Assembly: GCA_965262725.1 (NCBI GenBank)
Contig: OZ253555.1
Coordinates: 2,944,001-3,008,000 of the forward strand
Direction of reading: 5' to 3'
DNA length: 64,000 bases
Origin: Dehalococcoidia bacterium
Lineage (GTDB): Bacteria > Chloroflexota > Dehalococcoidia > UBA2979
Shown here: one piece after another, positions 29,632-40,277 of the stretch
Layout: each line of letters starts with the position of its first letter
Numbering within the stretch: the stretch's first letter is position 1
Program-made: the position numbers and the translations under genes
Notes under the pieces: model-generated
The model's input: the letters and a program-made list of their open reading frames with translations, nothing else
What the model was told of the DNA's origin: nothing
Databases searched by the model: none

Positions 29632-30401
29632 CCGCCACCACCTCAGACCTCCGTCCGCTGCTCAAGCGCCTCAAGCTCGGCCGTATGCTCGACACCCTGC
29701 CCGAGCGCATCGCCCTCGCGCGGCGCGACCACCTCGACTACGCGGACTTCCTGCAGATCCTGCTCGTCGACGAGGTGAGCCGCCGCGACCACGGGCGGTT
29801 GGAGCTGCGCCTGCGCCAGGCCGGCTTCGAGCAGCTCTGCCGCCTCGAGGACTTCGACTGGGCGGCCGCCATCCGGCTCGACCGCCGCCTGCTCGACGCC
29901 GCCTTCTCGCTGCACTTCCTCGATCGCCGCGAGCACGTCCTGCTCGTCGGCCCCGTCGGCGTCGGCAAGAGCTTCTTAGCCCAGGCGCTCGGCTACTCAG
30001 CCGTCCGCTCCGGACGCAGCGTCCGCTTCGCCCCGGCCGACCACTACTTCCGCGAGATGGCGCAGGCCCGCGTCGACCACTCGGCCGAGAAGGTCTTTCG
30101 AAGCTTCCTCGCGCCCGACCTGCTCATCCTCGACGACCTCGGGCTCCATCGCCTCAGCGCGCAGCAGTCCATCGACCTCTACGAGCTGGTCATCGGGCGC
30201 CACCGCAGCTCCAGCTTCGTCATCACCTCGAACCGCGCCGTAGAGGAATGGCTGGGTCTCTTCGACGACCCGATCCTCGGCAACAGCGCCCTCGACCGCC
30301 TCGCCAACGCCAGCTACCAGATCGTGATCGAGGGCGATAGCTACCGCCAGCGGCTCTCGCCGCACCGCGCCCTGCTCGAGGCGCAGACGGGAGGTGATTG
30401 A
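29628..30401 (+). CDS. istB: IS21 helper ATPase
   Basis: GPVGVGKS, LILDDLG, ITSNR, ALDRL; ATGA overlap with istA. Confidence 0.94.
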   Translation: MTATTSDLRPLLKRLKLGRMLDTLPERIALARRDHLDYADFLQILLVDEVSRRDHGRLELRLRQAGFEQLCRLEDFDWAAAIRLDRRLLDAAFSLHFLDRREHVLLVGPVGVGKSFLAQALGYSAVRSGRSVRFAPADHYFREMAQARVDHSAEKVFRSFLAPDLLILDDLGLHRLSAQQSIDLYELVIGRHRSSSFVITSNRAVEEWLGLFDDPILGNSALDRLANASYQIVIEGDSYRQRLSPHRALLEAQTGGD

Positions 30402-30490
30402 CGCGCTAGTGTCCTGATTCGTAATAGCGACAGATAACGGGTATGGTGGCACAGCGGGGTTTTGCCCCATGGGGCAGACTCTGGAGTGTC

Positions 30491-33400
30491 ATGAGCACCC
30501 GAATCGGACGGCCGACGGTCGCGATCGTCCTGAGCGACGAGGAGCGTGAGACGCTGGAGCGGTGGGCGCGCCGGCCGACATCGGCCCAGGCGCTGGCGCT
30601 GCGCTGTCGCATCGTCCTGGCAGCGGCCGAGGGGACATCGAATAAAGCGATCGCCGCGGCGCTCGATTGCCATCCGGTCACCGTCGGCAAGTGGCGCCGG
30701 CGCTTTGCGCAGGGGCGGCTCGATGGGCTACAGGATGAGCCGCGCCCCGGGGCGCCGCGCACGATCGCCGATGCACAGGTGGAAGCGGTGATCGTCACGA
30801 CGCTGGAGGAGCAGCCTCCCAACGCGACGCACTGGTCGACCCGATCGATGGCAGCCGCGGTCGGGATGTCGCAGTCGGCGATCTTCAGGATCTGGCGCGC
30901 CTTCGGCCTGAAGCCGCACCTCGTGGAGAGCTTCAAGCTGTCGCCCGACCCGCAGTTCATCGACAAGGTGCGCGACGTGGCCGGGCTCTATCTCAACCCG
31001 CCCGACGCGGCGGTTGTGCTGTGCGTGGACGAGAAGACCCAGATCCAGGCACTCGACCGCACCGCGCCGACGGTGCCGATGATGCCCGGCGTCCCCGCCC
31101 GCCAGACGCACGACTACATCCGTCACGGCACGACGAACCTCTACGCGGCGCTCGATGTCGCCTCGGGATGCGTGATCACGGAGATGACCCCCCGGCACCG
31201 GGCTCGGGAGTTCCAGCAGTTCCTCGCCCTCATCGACCAAAGCGTTCCCCGTGAGCTGGCGGTGCATGTCGTGCTCGACAACGTCTCCACGCACCGCACG
31301 CCCGCCATCCAGCGCTGGCTCCAGCGCCATCCCCGCTTCACCTTCCATTTCACGCCGACCTACAGCTCCTGGATGAACCTCGTGGAGCGCTGGTTTGCAG
31401 AGCTCACCAGCAAGTGGCTCCGGCGCGGCACGCACCATAGCGTCCCTGATCTGATCCGCTCAGTGGAGATGTGGGTCGCCAGCTGGAACGAGAATCCGAG
31501 GCCCTTCATCTGGCACAAGTCCGCGGACCAGATCCTTGAGTAGGGTCAGGGGCTGGCGCGGTGCGAGCCGTAGGCGGTGGCGCATATTGCCAGGCCGGTT
31601 TCCCGGTGGCGCCCATCTCCACAGCCGTAGCATCGTCCGTCTCCAGCCCCTGCCGCCTCGAACCGGACGTGAGGTTTTCCCTCATCCGGCTCACCGATGC
31701 CCTTCACCGGGCGGCATGCGGGGTGCCCCGCCACGGTCGATATGGCCGTGGTGCCACGACGCGCTGTCCAGCTAGCGAGATGAGCCCCAGACGGTCGGCG
31801 ACGGGAAACGGGTGCCCGCGATGGCGTCGCCGCCAACGCAACCGCTTCCCCAGCCAGAGTTTGAGTCTCCACATGGCAAACCAGTGCAGGACGTCGAACG
31901 CCCTCGCCGAGTTGCCGTAGCGGAAGTAGCTCATCCAGCCGCGGAGGTAGCGATTGACTTCCTCCACGACCTGCCGGGGACTCAGCAGCAGACGCAACCG
32001 CGCCGTGATTTCACGGATGCGGTCCCGCGCCCGCTGCATCGCTCGCCGTGAGGGCCAGCGTGCGAGGAACTGGATATTCTTGTTGCGCTTCGCACGTACC
32101 CAGCGATGCTCGAAGCCGAGGAACTCCAGCCCCTCGCCTCCCTCCCGCAGGTGCACGATGCGCGTCTTCTCCGCCTTGAGCTCCAGTCCGAGCTCACCCA
32201 GCAGGTCACGCAGCAGGGCCAACGCCCGCTCCGCTTCCTCCCGGCTCCGGCAGAGCACCACGAGGTCATCCGCATAGCGCACCAGCACGCCATCACCCTT
32301 CGCCTCCCAGTCCCGGTCCAACCGGTGCAGGTAGACATTGGCCAGCAGCGGGGACATCACCCCGCCCTGCGGCGTACCCGTCGCGCTGTGCTGCACGACC
32401 CCCGACTCCATCACACCGGCACGCAGCATCGCCCGTACCAGCTTCAGGAGATTGCGGTCGCATATCCGTTCCTCGACGGCCGTCATCAGACGGTCGTGTA
32501 GGGTCAGGGGCTGGCGCGGTGCGAGCCGTAGGCGGTGGCGCATCAGTTCCAAGCCGGTTTCCCGGTGGTGCCCAACTCCACGGCCATAGCAGCGTCCGTC
32601 TCCAGCCCCTGCCACATCGAACCGGACGTGAGGTTCTCCCTCATCCGGCTCACCGATGCCCTTCACCAGATGGCATGCAGCGCTCCCCACAACGTGGGTC
32701 GTGCCTTGGCCAGCCGGTACAGCATGTGCGGAGAGCCTCGAACCCTACCAAGTGGTTGCTAGCCCCGAGGGGCACTCACCAGTCCACACCCCCAGCAACA
32801 TGCACGGACAAAGTAGGGGTCCTTCCCATCACCGGCGGTTATGTTGTCCGTCCGGCTCCAGCGGTACTACGACCCCCTCCGCCACCCTTCCGGCTGGCTG
32901 TCCACTTCCCGGCTCTGACCGGTTATAGGACGCCTCGCTCCGACGCCCTCTCACAGGGTGCCGGGCCGGGGAGGGCTTCTCCGGTTCCCGTCGCTACCTT
33001 CCGTACGTTCCACGTCCCATACGCCGGGAGGTTTCTTGAGGCTGCATTCCAGGATCTTCACCTCGTCCATGGCCTTCGCCCTGACCACCCGGGCTCGGCT
33101 CCTCCTTGGTCCTGTCAATAGACAGGCGAGTCTCACGGCGCGGCAGACTTCGCGTCATGCTGCGGACCGCACGTTTGCTCCCCCTCATAGGGCTCTTGAC
33201 GTCGGGCTTCGACGCAGACCGTTTCCCGTCCACGCCGCCGACCTGCTAACGGGCCTCCTGACAGTTACCCGTGCCGGACTCTCACCGGCTGGCAGCAACG
33301 AGCATGTCTCCGGACCGGTCACGTCATCACGTCACCACCCCTTCGACTTCCGGACGCACGCGGTATCGACTCGAAACACGAGGCGATGTCCGTCTCCACT

Positions 33401-34521
33401 ACCCACCGCCTGCCCCGCCACGCCTCGTCAATGAGGACCTGCAGGGCGTCATGGGCCGAACGCTTCGGGCGGAAGCCGAAGCTGCATGGCAGGAAGTCGG
33501 CCTCGAAGACCGGCTCCGTCACGAGCTTCAGCGACGCCTGCACGATGCGGTCGCGGACCGAAGGAATCGAGAGCGGGCGCTCTTCCGACCGACCGGGCTT
33601 GGGTATCCAGACCCGGCGGCTCGGCTGCACCCGGTATCTTCCCTCCTTCAGTTCCGTGGCCAGTTCATCCAGCAGGCGCTCCACGCCGTAGCGCTCGACC
33701 TCGGCGAGCGTGACGCCGTCGATACCGGCTGCGCCGCGATTGCGACGCACCTGCTCCCACGCGCGCTCCAGAATGTCTCTGCGATAAACCTTGTCGTAGA
33801 GCGCATGAAAGCGTCTATTGGGGTCGGCCTTGGCCGCCCGGTAAAGCGTGCGTTGTAGTGTTCGGACCTTGTCTTGGATGGAGTTAGCCGCTTGGGCACT
33901 CACCGATTCATCCCTACTCCCCACGCGTGAGCAAAGCAGGGGTCCTTCCCATCACCGGCGGTTGTGTTGTCCGTCCGGCTCAAGCGGTACTACGACCCCC
34001 TCCGTCACCCTTCCGGCTAGCTGCCCACTTCCCGGCTTTGACCGGTTATAGGGCACCTCGCTCCGACACCATCTCGCAGGGTGCCGGGCCGGGGAGGGCT
34101 TCTCCCGTTCCCGTCGCTACCTTCCAAACGTTCCACGCCCCTTACGCCGGGAGGTTCCTTGAGGCTGCAGCGCAACGCGCATTCAGGATCTTCACCTCGT
34201 CCATGGCCTTCGCCCTGAATTGCCGGGCTCGGCTCCTCCACTATCCGTTAACGACGCGGCAGGCTTCGCTTGATGCTGCGGACCGCCTGGTTGCTCCCCC
34301 TGATAGGGCTCTTGACGTCGGGCTTCGACGTGGACCGTTTCCCGTCCGCGCCGCCGACCTGCTAACGGGCCTCCTGACAGTTACCCGTGCCGGACTCGCA
34401 CCGGCTGGCAACGACGAGCATGTCTCCAGACCGGTTACGTCATCACGTCACCCGCCCTTCGACTTCGGGACACACCAACCTCACCGGATATCTCAATCGC
34501 ATTTCCAATTCAGGACACTAG
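30491..34521 (+). CDS. IS630 transposase, split: join(30491..31539,34476..34521), 364 aa
   Basis: CVDEK, VLDN, SWMNLVERWF; removing 31540-34475 gives ...ADQIL-D-NLTGYLNRISNSGH*. Confidence 0.92.
31704..33903 (-). CDS. ltrA: Group II intron RT/maturase, no En domain, split: join(33903..33360,32497..31704), 445 aa
   Basis: RRFHALYDKV, GAAGIDG, IPKPG, RDRIVQ, SFGFRP, DIASCFESIP|HDRL, GTPQGG, YADD, FLGF, domain X GWMSYF. Confidence 0.93.
32498..33359 (-). mobile_element. Inner ORF-less group II intron (862 nt)
   Basis: 5' GTGCG, 3' CCCTAC; domain V at 32619-32651; domains I-III closely similar to the outer intron; removal restores the RT frame. Confidence 0.93.
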
Positions 34522-35802
34522 CAGGGTGCTGAAGAAGCTCCTTCCGGGGGCCTCGGAGCGGTGCCGGGCGGCTTGAGAGGCCACGTCCGGCTTCGTGATC
34601 GCCGTCTCCTGACCTGCCCCCGGCGGCCTCGGAGGGCTCCTGGACCGGCCGTAGGGCGCAGTGCGCCCTACGCCGTGGCAGCCTCGAGCCTGGCCATGCG
34701 CACCAGGTTGTAGGCGGCGGCGGTGAGCTCCAGCCAGCAGCGGTTGCGCTCGCGGCCCACGAAGCGCAGCTTGCGCCCGCCGCCCACGGTCTTCATCCAG
34801 CCGAAGACCTGCTCCACGATCGTGCGTCGCTTCTGACTCTGCCTGTAGCCGCGATGCCGCGTGGTGCGCCCGTCCACGGCGCTGCGGCGGCGGCGATCGT
34901 GCTGCGCCACGCCGCGCCCGCGCAGTTCCGCCACGAAGTCGCGCGTGTCGTAGCCGCGGTCGGCGCCCAGCGTCCCGCAGCCGCTCACGCTGCGCTCCAG
35001 CATCGTGACCGCCGCCTCGCGCTCGGCGTACCCGTTCGCCTCGGTCAGCTCCAGGTCCAGCACCAGACCATGACGGTTCTCGGTGAGCAGGTGGCCCATG
35101 TAGCTCAGTCTCGCCGTCTGCCCCGACCCTTTCGTGTACAGCCGCGCCTGCGGGTCCGTGCCGGAACTATGCGTATCGCGGCGGCGGCGCCGCCCCCGGA
35201 AGTCGACCTCCGGGTTGCGCCCGCCCGGGGGTGTCCTGCTCGTCGCGCGGGCGGTAGCTCTTGAGCGAGGCCCAGGCCTCCAGCAGCGTCCCGTCCACGG
35301 TGAAGTGGTCGGCGGAGAGCAGCCGACGCCGCCTGGCCTCGGCCACCACCTCGGCGAAGAAGGCGCGCGCGACATCGGCAGCGAGCAGGCGCTCGCGATT
35401 CTTCGAGAAGCTGGAGGCGTCGAACGGCTCGTCTGAGATGTTGAGGTCGAGGAACCACTTGAACAGCAGGTCGTAGCGCAGCCGCTCGCAGAACTGGCGC
35501 TCGCTGCGGATCGAGTAGAGCGCGATCAGCAGGCTCGCCTTGAGCAGGTGCTCGGGCGGGATCGAGGGCCGGCCGCTCTTGCTGTACATCGTGCCGAACA
35601 GCGGTGAGAGCCGCTGCAGCGCGGAATCGACGATCGGTTTGATGCGGCGGATCGGGTGGTCGTCCGGGATGAAGGCGTCCGGCGTCACCGCCAGCAACAT
35701 GTTGGTCTGACGCTCAGCGTCGCCTCGCATGGGGCGCCTCCAGGCTACGCCCCCGCCGCCTTCGCTATCCTGCCAGACGGCTGACCCTTTTTCAGCACCC
35801 TG
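34522..35802 (-). mobile_element. IS5-family element with frameshifted transposase (35730->34668)
   Basis: IRs CAGGGTGCTGAA flanked by CTAG direct repeats; GRPSIPPE, RSERQF, VDGT, ADRGY, IVEQVFGWMK; frameshift near 35225. Confidence 0.88.
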
Positions 35803-36651
35803 CTAGCGGTCGACCGCGGCGGCAATCGCGCGGTTGGTGAAGACCCGCGTCATCGACCGCCGGTACGCCTCCGAGCCAGCCAGATCCGCATTGATGTCCC
35901 CCAGAGCGTCGGCCGCCTCGGAGGCGGCCGCTATCGTGTCGGCGTCTAGCACCGAGCCGGCCAGCGCCTGCTCGACCGCCCCGAGCCGCTGCGCGTGCGT
36001 CGAGGCGCCCGTCACCGCTACGCGGGCACGTGTGCAGACGCCGTTCTCGACGGTCAGCGAGGCAGCCACTCCGACGATCGCGAAGTGTGAGGCGGGGTGG
36101 CGGAGCTTCGCATACGCCGCCTGCGTCGGGGCGTCGAAGCTCACCGACGTGATCAGTTCGTCCTCCCCGAGATCGACTTCGAAGAGCCCGCTGAAGAAGT
36201 CCCCGGCGCCGACCGCGCGCTCGCCGGCAGCACCGACGATGTGGATCGTCGCGCCAAGCGCGACGGCGATGGCCGGCAGATCGGCCGCCGGGTCGGCGTG
36301 CGCCAGGCTGCCGCCGATCGTGCCGCGGTTGCGCACCTGCTGGTCTCCGATCTCGCTTGCCGCCTCGGCGACGACGGGAGCGGACGCAAGGAGCACCGGG
36401 TCGGACTCCAACTCGGCATGCGTGGTGAGGGCGCCGATCGAGATGCGCCCTCCGTCCTCGCTGACCCCGGAGAGCCCGGGGATTCGACTGATGTCGATCA
36501 GTGAAGTCGGCTCGGCGAGGCGCAGCTTCATCAGCGGGATCAGGCTGTGCCCCCCCGTGATGAAGCGAGCGTCGCCCCGGGCCTGCTGCTTGAGTGCGAT
36601 CGCCTCCTCGACGGAGCCGGCGCGGTGGTACTCGAACGCTGAGGGGATCAT
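35803..36651 (-). CDS. coxM: Xanthine/CO dehydrogenase family FAD subunit
   Basis: GGHSLIPLMKLR, QVRNRGTIGGSLAHADPAAD. Confidence 0.9.
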   Translation of the reverse strand: MIPSAFEYHRAGSVEEAIALKQQARGDARFITGGHSLIPLMKLRLAEPTSLIDISRIPGLSGVSEDGGRISIGALTTHAELESDPVLLASAPVVAEAASEIGDQQVRNRGTIGGSLAHADPAADLPAIAVALGATIHIVGAAGERAVGAGDFFSGLFEVDLGEDELITSVSFDAPTQAAYAKLRHPASHFAIVGVAASLTVENGVCTRARVAVTGASTHAQRLGAVEQALAGSVLDADTIAAASEAADALGDINADLAGSEAYRRSMTRVFTNRAIAAAVDR

Positions 36652-39023
36652 GCGGCGCCTCCATGAATCAGGCGCCAGAGCTTCTCCGGGCGCAGCATCA
36701 TGTCGATGTGTTCCACGCCGAGCCCACTGAGGGCGTCGACGGCGGCGTTGACGATGCTGGGTGTGGACCCGATCGTGCCGGCCTCGCCGATACCCTTTAC
36801 CCCCAGCGGGTTGAGTGGAGAGGGCGTAACGGTGTGGTCCAGCTCGAAGCGCGGCAGATCGCGCGCCCGCGGGATCGCGTAGTCCATGAACGAGGCCGTC
36901 AGGAGCTGGCCGCTCTCCTCGTCGTACACCGCCTCCTCGATCATCGCCTGGCCGACGCCCTGCGCGATTCCGCCGTGGATCTGGCCGGCGACGATCAGCG
37001 GGTTCACGACGTTGCCACAATCGTCCACGCCGACGAAGCGCTGAAGTTCGAGCTCCCCGGTGTCGCGGTCGATCTCCACCTGAGAGATGTAGCAGCCGAA
37101 GGGCCACGTGAAGCCCTCGGGCTCCCAGAACGCCTCCTCGCTCAGGCCCGGCTCGGTGTCCGGCGGCAGCGGGATCGGGACGTAGGCGAACGCTGCCACG
37201 TCCGCGAAGGCGACGCCGGTTTCCTCCCGCCCGGTGGGGCCGATCATCCCGTCCTTGAAGGAGAGATCGGAGGGCTGCAGCTCCAGCATCGGAGCGGCGA
37301 AGCGGCGCATCTTCTCCTGCACCTTCGACGCTGCGAGGAGTAGGGCCGTGCCGCCCACGACCTGAGAGCGGCTTCCGAAGGTGCCCGTGCCGCCGCGTAC
37401 CTGCCCCGTGTCGCCGTGGACAATGACGATGTCGTCCATCGGGATGCTGAACTCATCGGCGACCATCTGCGCGAACGTCGTCTCGTGGCCCTGGCCGTGC
37501 GAGGAGACGCCGGTCGTCGCCCGCACCTTGCCGTCGCGCTCCACGCTCACGCTCGCGTGCTCCCAGAGCCCCACCGTCGGCATTGCCGCCGAGGGACCGA
37601 AGCCGCAGATCTCGGTGTAGAAGGAGAGCCCGAGGCCGACCAGGCGCCCTTCCGCACGGGCCGCGTCGCGGTCCGCCTTCATCTGCTCCCAGTCGGCGTT
37701 CGCGAGCGCCATGTCAAGCGCGCGCTCGTACTCGCCGGAGTCGTAGACCATCCCGCCCGCGGTTGTGTACGGGAACTGGTCCGGCTGGATGAAGTTGCGC
37801 CGGCGGACCTCCGCCGGGTCCATCCCCAGCTTGGCCGCGAGCATGTCGATCCCGCGCTCGAGGAAGTAGATGCCCTCCGGACGTCCGGCTCCGCGGTAGG
37901 CGTCGGTCGGCATCTTGTTCGTGAAGACCTCGGTCAGGTCGCAGCGCACGACGCCGATGTCGTAGACACCGCTGATCATGAACGCGACCAGCGTGGGGAT
38001 GGCGGCGGTGAGCACCATCTCGTAGGCGCCGATGTCGGCCACGAGCCGCATCTTCACGCCCAGGACCTTGCCCTCGGCGGTCGCCGCCAGATCGAGGTAG
38101 CAGATCACGTCGCGGCCATGGATCGTTGTCATGAACGCCTCGGAGCGATCCTCGATCCACTTGACCGGCAGGCCGAGCCGGCGCGAGATCGCCGCCGCGA
38201 CAAAATCCTCCCCGTAGACGTTGATCTTGCTGCCGAAGCCTCCGCCCACGTCGGGTGCGATCACGCGCACCTGGTGCTGGCCCATCCCGAGGATCGCCGC
38301 GAGCAGCGTGCGTGCGATGTGCGGATTCTGGGTCGTCGACCAGACTGTCAGCTCGTCGTTGCCCGGCTCGAAGCGCGCGATCACGCCGCGCGGCTCCATC
38401 GCGTTGGGGACCAGACGCTGGCTGACCATGCGCTGCGAGACGACCACGTCCGCCTGCTCGAACGCGTCGTTGAGCGCCGACTCGTCCTCGATCTCGAGCG
38501 TCACCGGGTTGACGCCGGTTCCGGCCGGGGCCAGCGGCACGGCGAGATTGTTCTCGAACGCCTCGTGGATGACGGCCGGCTCGCCGTTCATCGCCCTCTC
38601 GGGGTTGACCACGGCGGGCAGTTCCTCGATCTCGACGACGATCGCGTCGGCGGCGTCGGTCGCGGCGTAGCGGTCACTCGCCACCACGACGGCAACCGGC
38701 TCCCCTACATAGCGGACGCGGTCCGGCGTGACGGAGTGGTGGTCCGGCGCCGGGAACGGCGTGGCGACGGGCATCGGCGGGATCATCTCGGCGAGCTGAG
38801 CGCCGGTGAGGACCAGCTCGACGCCGGGCATCGCCTCGGCCGCGCTCGTGTCGATGGAGCGGATGATCCCGTGTGCCACGTCGCTGCGCTTGAAAGCGAG
38901 GTGCAGCATGCCCGGCAGCTTCATGTCGTCGACGTAGTTTCCCCGGCCCTTCACCAGGCGTGGGTCCTCGCGACGGCGAACGCGCTGCCCGACGAGCTTG
39001 CCGGGGGTCGCCTGCATGGTCAC
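36648..39023 (-). CDS. coxL: Molybdenum hydroxylase large subunit, form II CoxL-like
   Basis: RREDPRL, GGGFGSK, AYRGAGR, GQGHET, GQIHGG, KGIGEAG. Confidence 0.9.
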   Translation of the reverse strand: MTMQATPGKLVGQRVRRREDPRLVKGRGNYVDDMKLPGMLHLAFKRSDVAHGIIRSIDTSAAEAMPGVELVLTGAQLAEMIPPMPVATPFPAPDHHSVTPDRVRYVGEPVAVVVASDRYAATDAADAIVVEIEELPAVVNPERAMNGEPAVIHEAFENNLAVPLAPAGTGVNPVTLEIEDESALNDAFEQADVVVSQRMVSQRLVPNAMEPRGVIARFEPGNDELTVWSTTQNPHIARTLLAAILGMGQHQVRVIAPDVGGGFGSKINVYGEDFVAAAISRRLGLPVKWIEDRSEAFMTTIHGRDVICYLDLAATAEGKVLGVKMRLVADIGAYEMVLTAAIPTLVAFMISGVYDIGVVRCDLTEVFTNKMPTDAYRGAGRPEGIYFLERGIDMLAAKLGMDPAEVRRRNFIQPDQFPYTTAGGMVYDSGEYERALDMALANADWEQMKADRDAARAEGRLVGLGLSFYTEICGFGPSAAMPTVGLWEHASVSVERDGKVRATTGVSSHGQGHETTFAQMVADEFSIPMDDIVIVHGDTGQVRGGTGTFGSRSQVVGGTALLLAASKVQEKMRRFAAPMLELQPSDLSFKDGMIGPTGREETGVAFADVAAFAYVPIPLPPDTEPGLSEEAFWEPEGFTWPFGCYISQVEIDRDTGELELQRFVGVDDCGNVVNPLIVAGQIHGGIAQGVGQAMIEEAVYDEESGQLLTASFMDYAIPRARDLPRFELDHTVTPSPLNPLGVKGIGEAGTIGSTPSIVNAAVDALSGLGVEHIDMMLRPEKLWRLIHGGAA

Positions 39024-39487
39024 CTGGCACCTCCTGCCGCGCTTCGGACGGCGTTGATGATGTGCTCGTAACCGGTGCAGCGGCAGAAGTTGCCGTCCAG
39101 ACCCCGGCGTATCTCGTCCTCCGAGGGGTTCGGGTGGCGCTCGAGCAGGTCGGCGCCCGACATGATCATGCCCGGCGTGCAGTACCCGCACTGGAGCCCG
39201 TGCTCGTCCCAGAACGCCTGCTGCAGCGGGTGCATCTCACCTTCCGCCGCGAGTCCCTCGATGGTGGTGATCGCGACGCCGTCGGCCTGCACCGCGAAGA
39301 CGGTGCAGGCCTTGGCGGACGCGCCATCCACCAGCACGGTGCACGCGCCGCACTGGCTGGTGTCGCAGCCCACATGCGTGCCGGTCAGGTTCAACTCCTC
39401 CCGCAGGAGATGGACCAACAGCATGCGGGGCTCGACCTCCAGTTCGTGAAGCCGTCCGTTCACGGTCACCGCAATCGGTACGGTCAT
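39020..39487 (-). CDS. coxS: 2Fe-2S small subunit
   Basis: [26 protein letters not shown]. Confidence 0.93.
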   Translation of the reverse strand: MTVPIAVTVNGRLHELEVEPRMLLVHLLREELNLTGTHVGCDTSQCGACTVLVDGASAKACTVFAVQADGVAITTIEGLAAEGEMHPLQQAFWDEHGLQCGYCTPGMIMSGADLLERHPNPSEDEIRRGLDGNFCRCTGYEHIINAVRSAAGGAR

Positions 39488-39945
39488 CTCGCCACGCCCC
39501 CTCCTGCGGCCGCCATCGCCGCTCGTTCGATCGCATCAAAGAACTGCCGCGCCATGGTGCGGGCCGACGCGGTCAGCAGTCGGCCGCCGACGCGCGCCAC
39601 GGGCCCTCGAACGGTGACGTCGGCCTCGTAGCGGAGATGGGTCCCGGCGCCGTCATCCGTGAGTTCGATCGCGGCCTCGCCCGACCCGGCCCCCGGGCGG
39701 CCCTGGCCCGAGGCGACCAGCGTGTAGCGAGTCTCCGGCTCCCGGTCGCGGAGCTCCACTCGACCCCGGAAGGTCCCGCGCACGGGACCTACGCCCAGCT
39801 CGGCGATGAGCTCCCACGCGTTGGGAGCGACCTCGTCGAACGCCGTGAGGCCCGGGATCGCCTGCTGCAGCGAGGTGGGGTTCTGCAGGTGCTCCCACAC
39901 CACGGACCGGCGGAGCTCGAAGCGATGTTCGCCGTCGATACGCAC
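39484..39945 (-). CDS. coxG: CoxG (SRPBCC) protein
   Basis: [34 protein letters not shown]. Confidence 0.85.
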   Translation of the reverse strand: MRIDGEHRFELRRSVVWEHLQNPTSLQQAIPGLTAFDEVAPNAWELIAELGVGPVRGTFRGRVELRDREPETRYTLVASGQGRPGAGSGEAAIELTDDGAGTHLRYEADVTVRGPVARVGGRLLTASARTMARQFFDAIERAAMAAAGGGVAR

Positions 39946-40277
39946 AGCCCACCCCTCACAAGCCGGGCGGATGATAGCACCGATGATCCGGGCCATGGCG
40001 ACCCCGCGCGAGTGACGGCTCAGGCTTGCGGCGCCGCCCGACGTGGCGAGGCCCCGGCCCGGTCCCGGGTCCGGCGACCGCGCCCCCCGTGCGCGAGTTG
40101 CGACAGAGCCTGATCGGGCGGTGGATCAGGCCTCTCGGTCGCCCGCCGCGTCGGTCGGGCCCACGGCGCGTGCGCGCCCGGTGTTGGCGACTCCCCGCCA
40201 GCCAGGCACACCCGGATGCTAGGGTGCGACCGTCCGGGCAGGTGGCCCGCGGGCCCCAGCGACCGAGAGGTCCGCGC

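Larger units (their letters stand above)
27894..30405 (+). mobile_element. IS21-family element, right end not found
   Basis: Starts TGT with repeated ATCGCCAGG(A/G)TCTAT motifs; contains istA-istB. Confidence 0.85.
31540..34475 (-). mobile_element. Outer group II intron (IIB-like), RT-encoding
   Basis: 5' GTGTG, 3' CCCTAC; domain V GAGCCGGATGAGGGAAAACCTCACGTCCGGTTC at 31660-31692; RT ORF in domain IV. Confidence 0.93.
30409..34518 (+). mobile_element. IS630-family element carrying the group II twintron
   Basis: Terminal IRs GTGTCCTGA / TCAGGACAC, each flanked by TA within CTAG. Confidence 0.9.

Noticed and set aside
31540-34475. Retron, DGR, or simple duplication/misassembly as the explanation for RT plus repeats
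   Set aside because: The repeats are diverged group II ribozyme domains with correct termini and site-specific EBS; precise excision restores both host ORFs
35200-35250. Programmed frameshift in the IS5-family transposase
   Set aside because: No typical A-rich slippery site, and a further small deletion is apparent near RGVAQH, so decay is more likely
36648-39023. Bona fide form I aerobic CO dehydrogenase
   Set aside because: The active-site motif is AYRGAGR, not AYxCSFR
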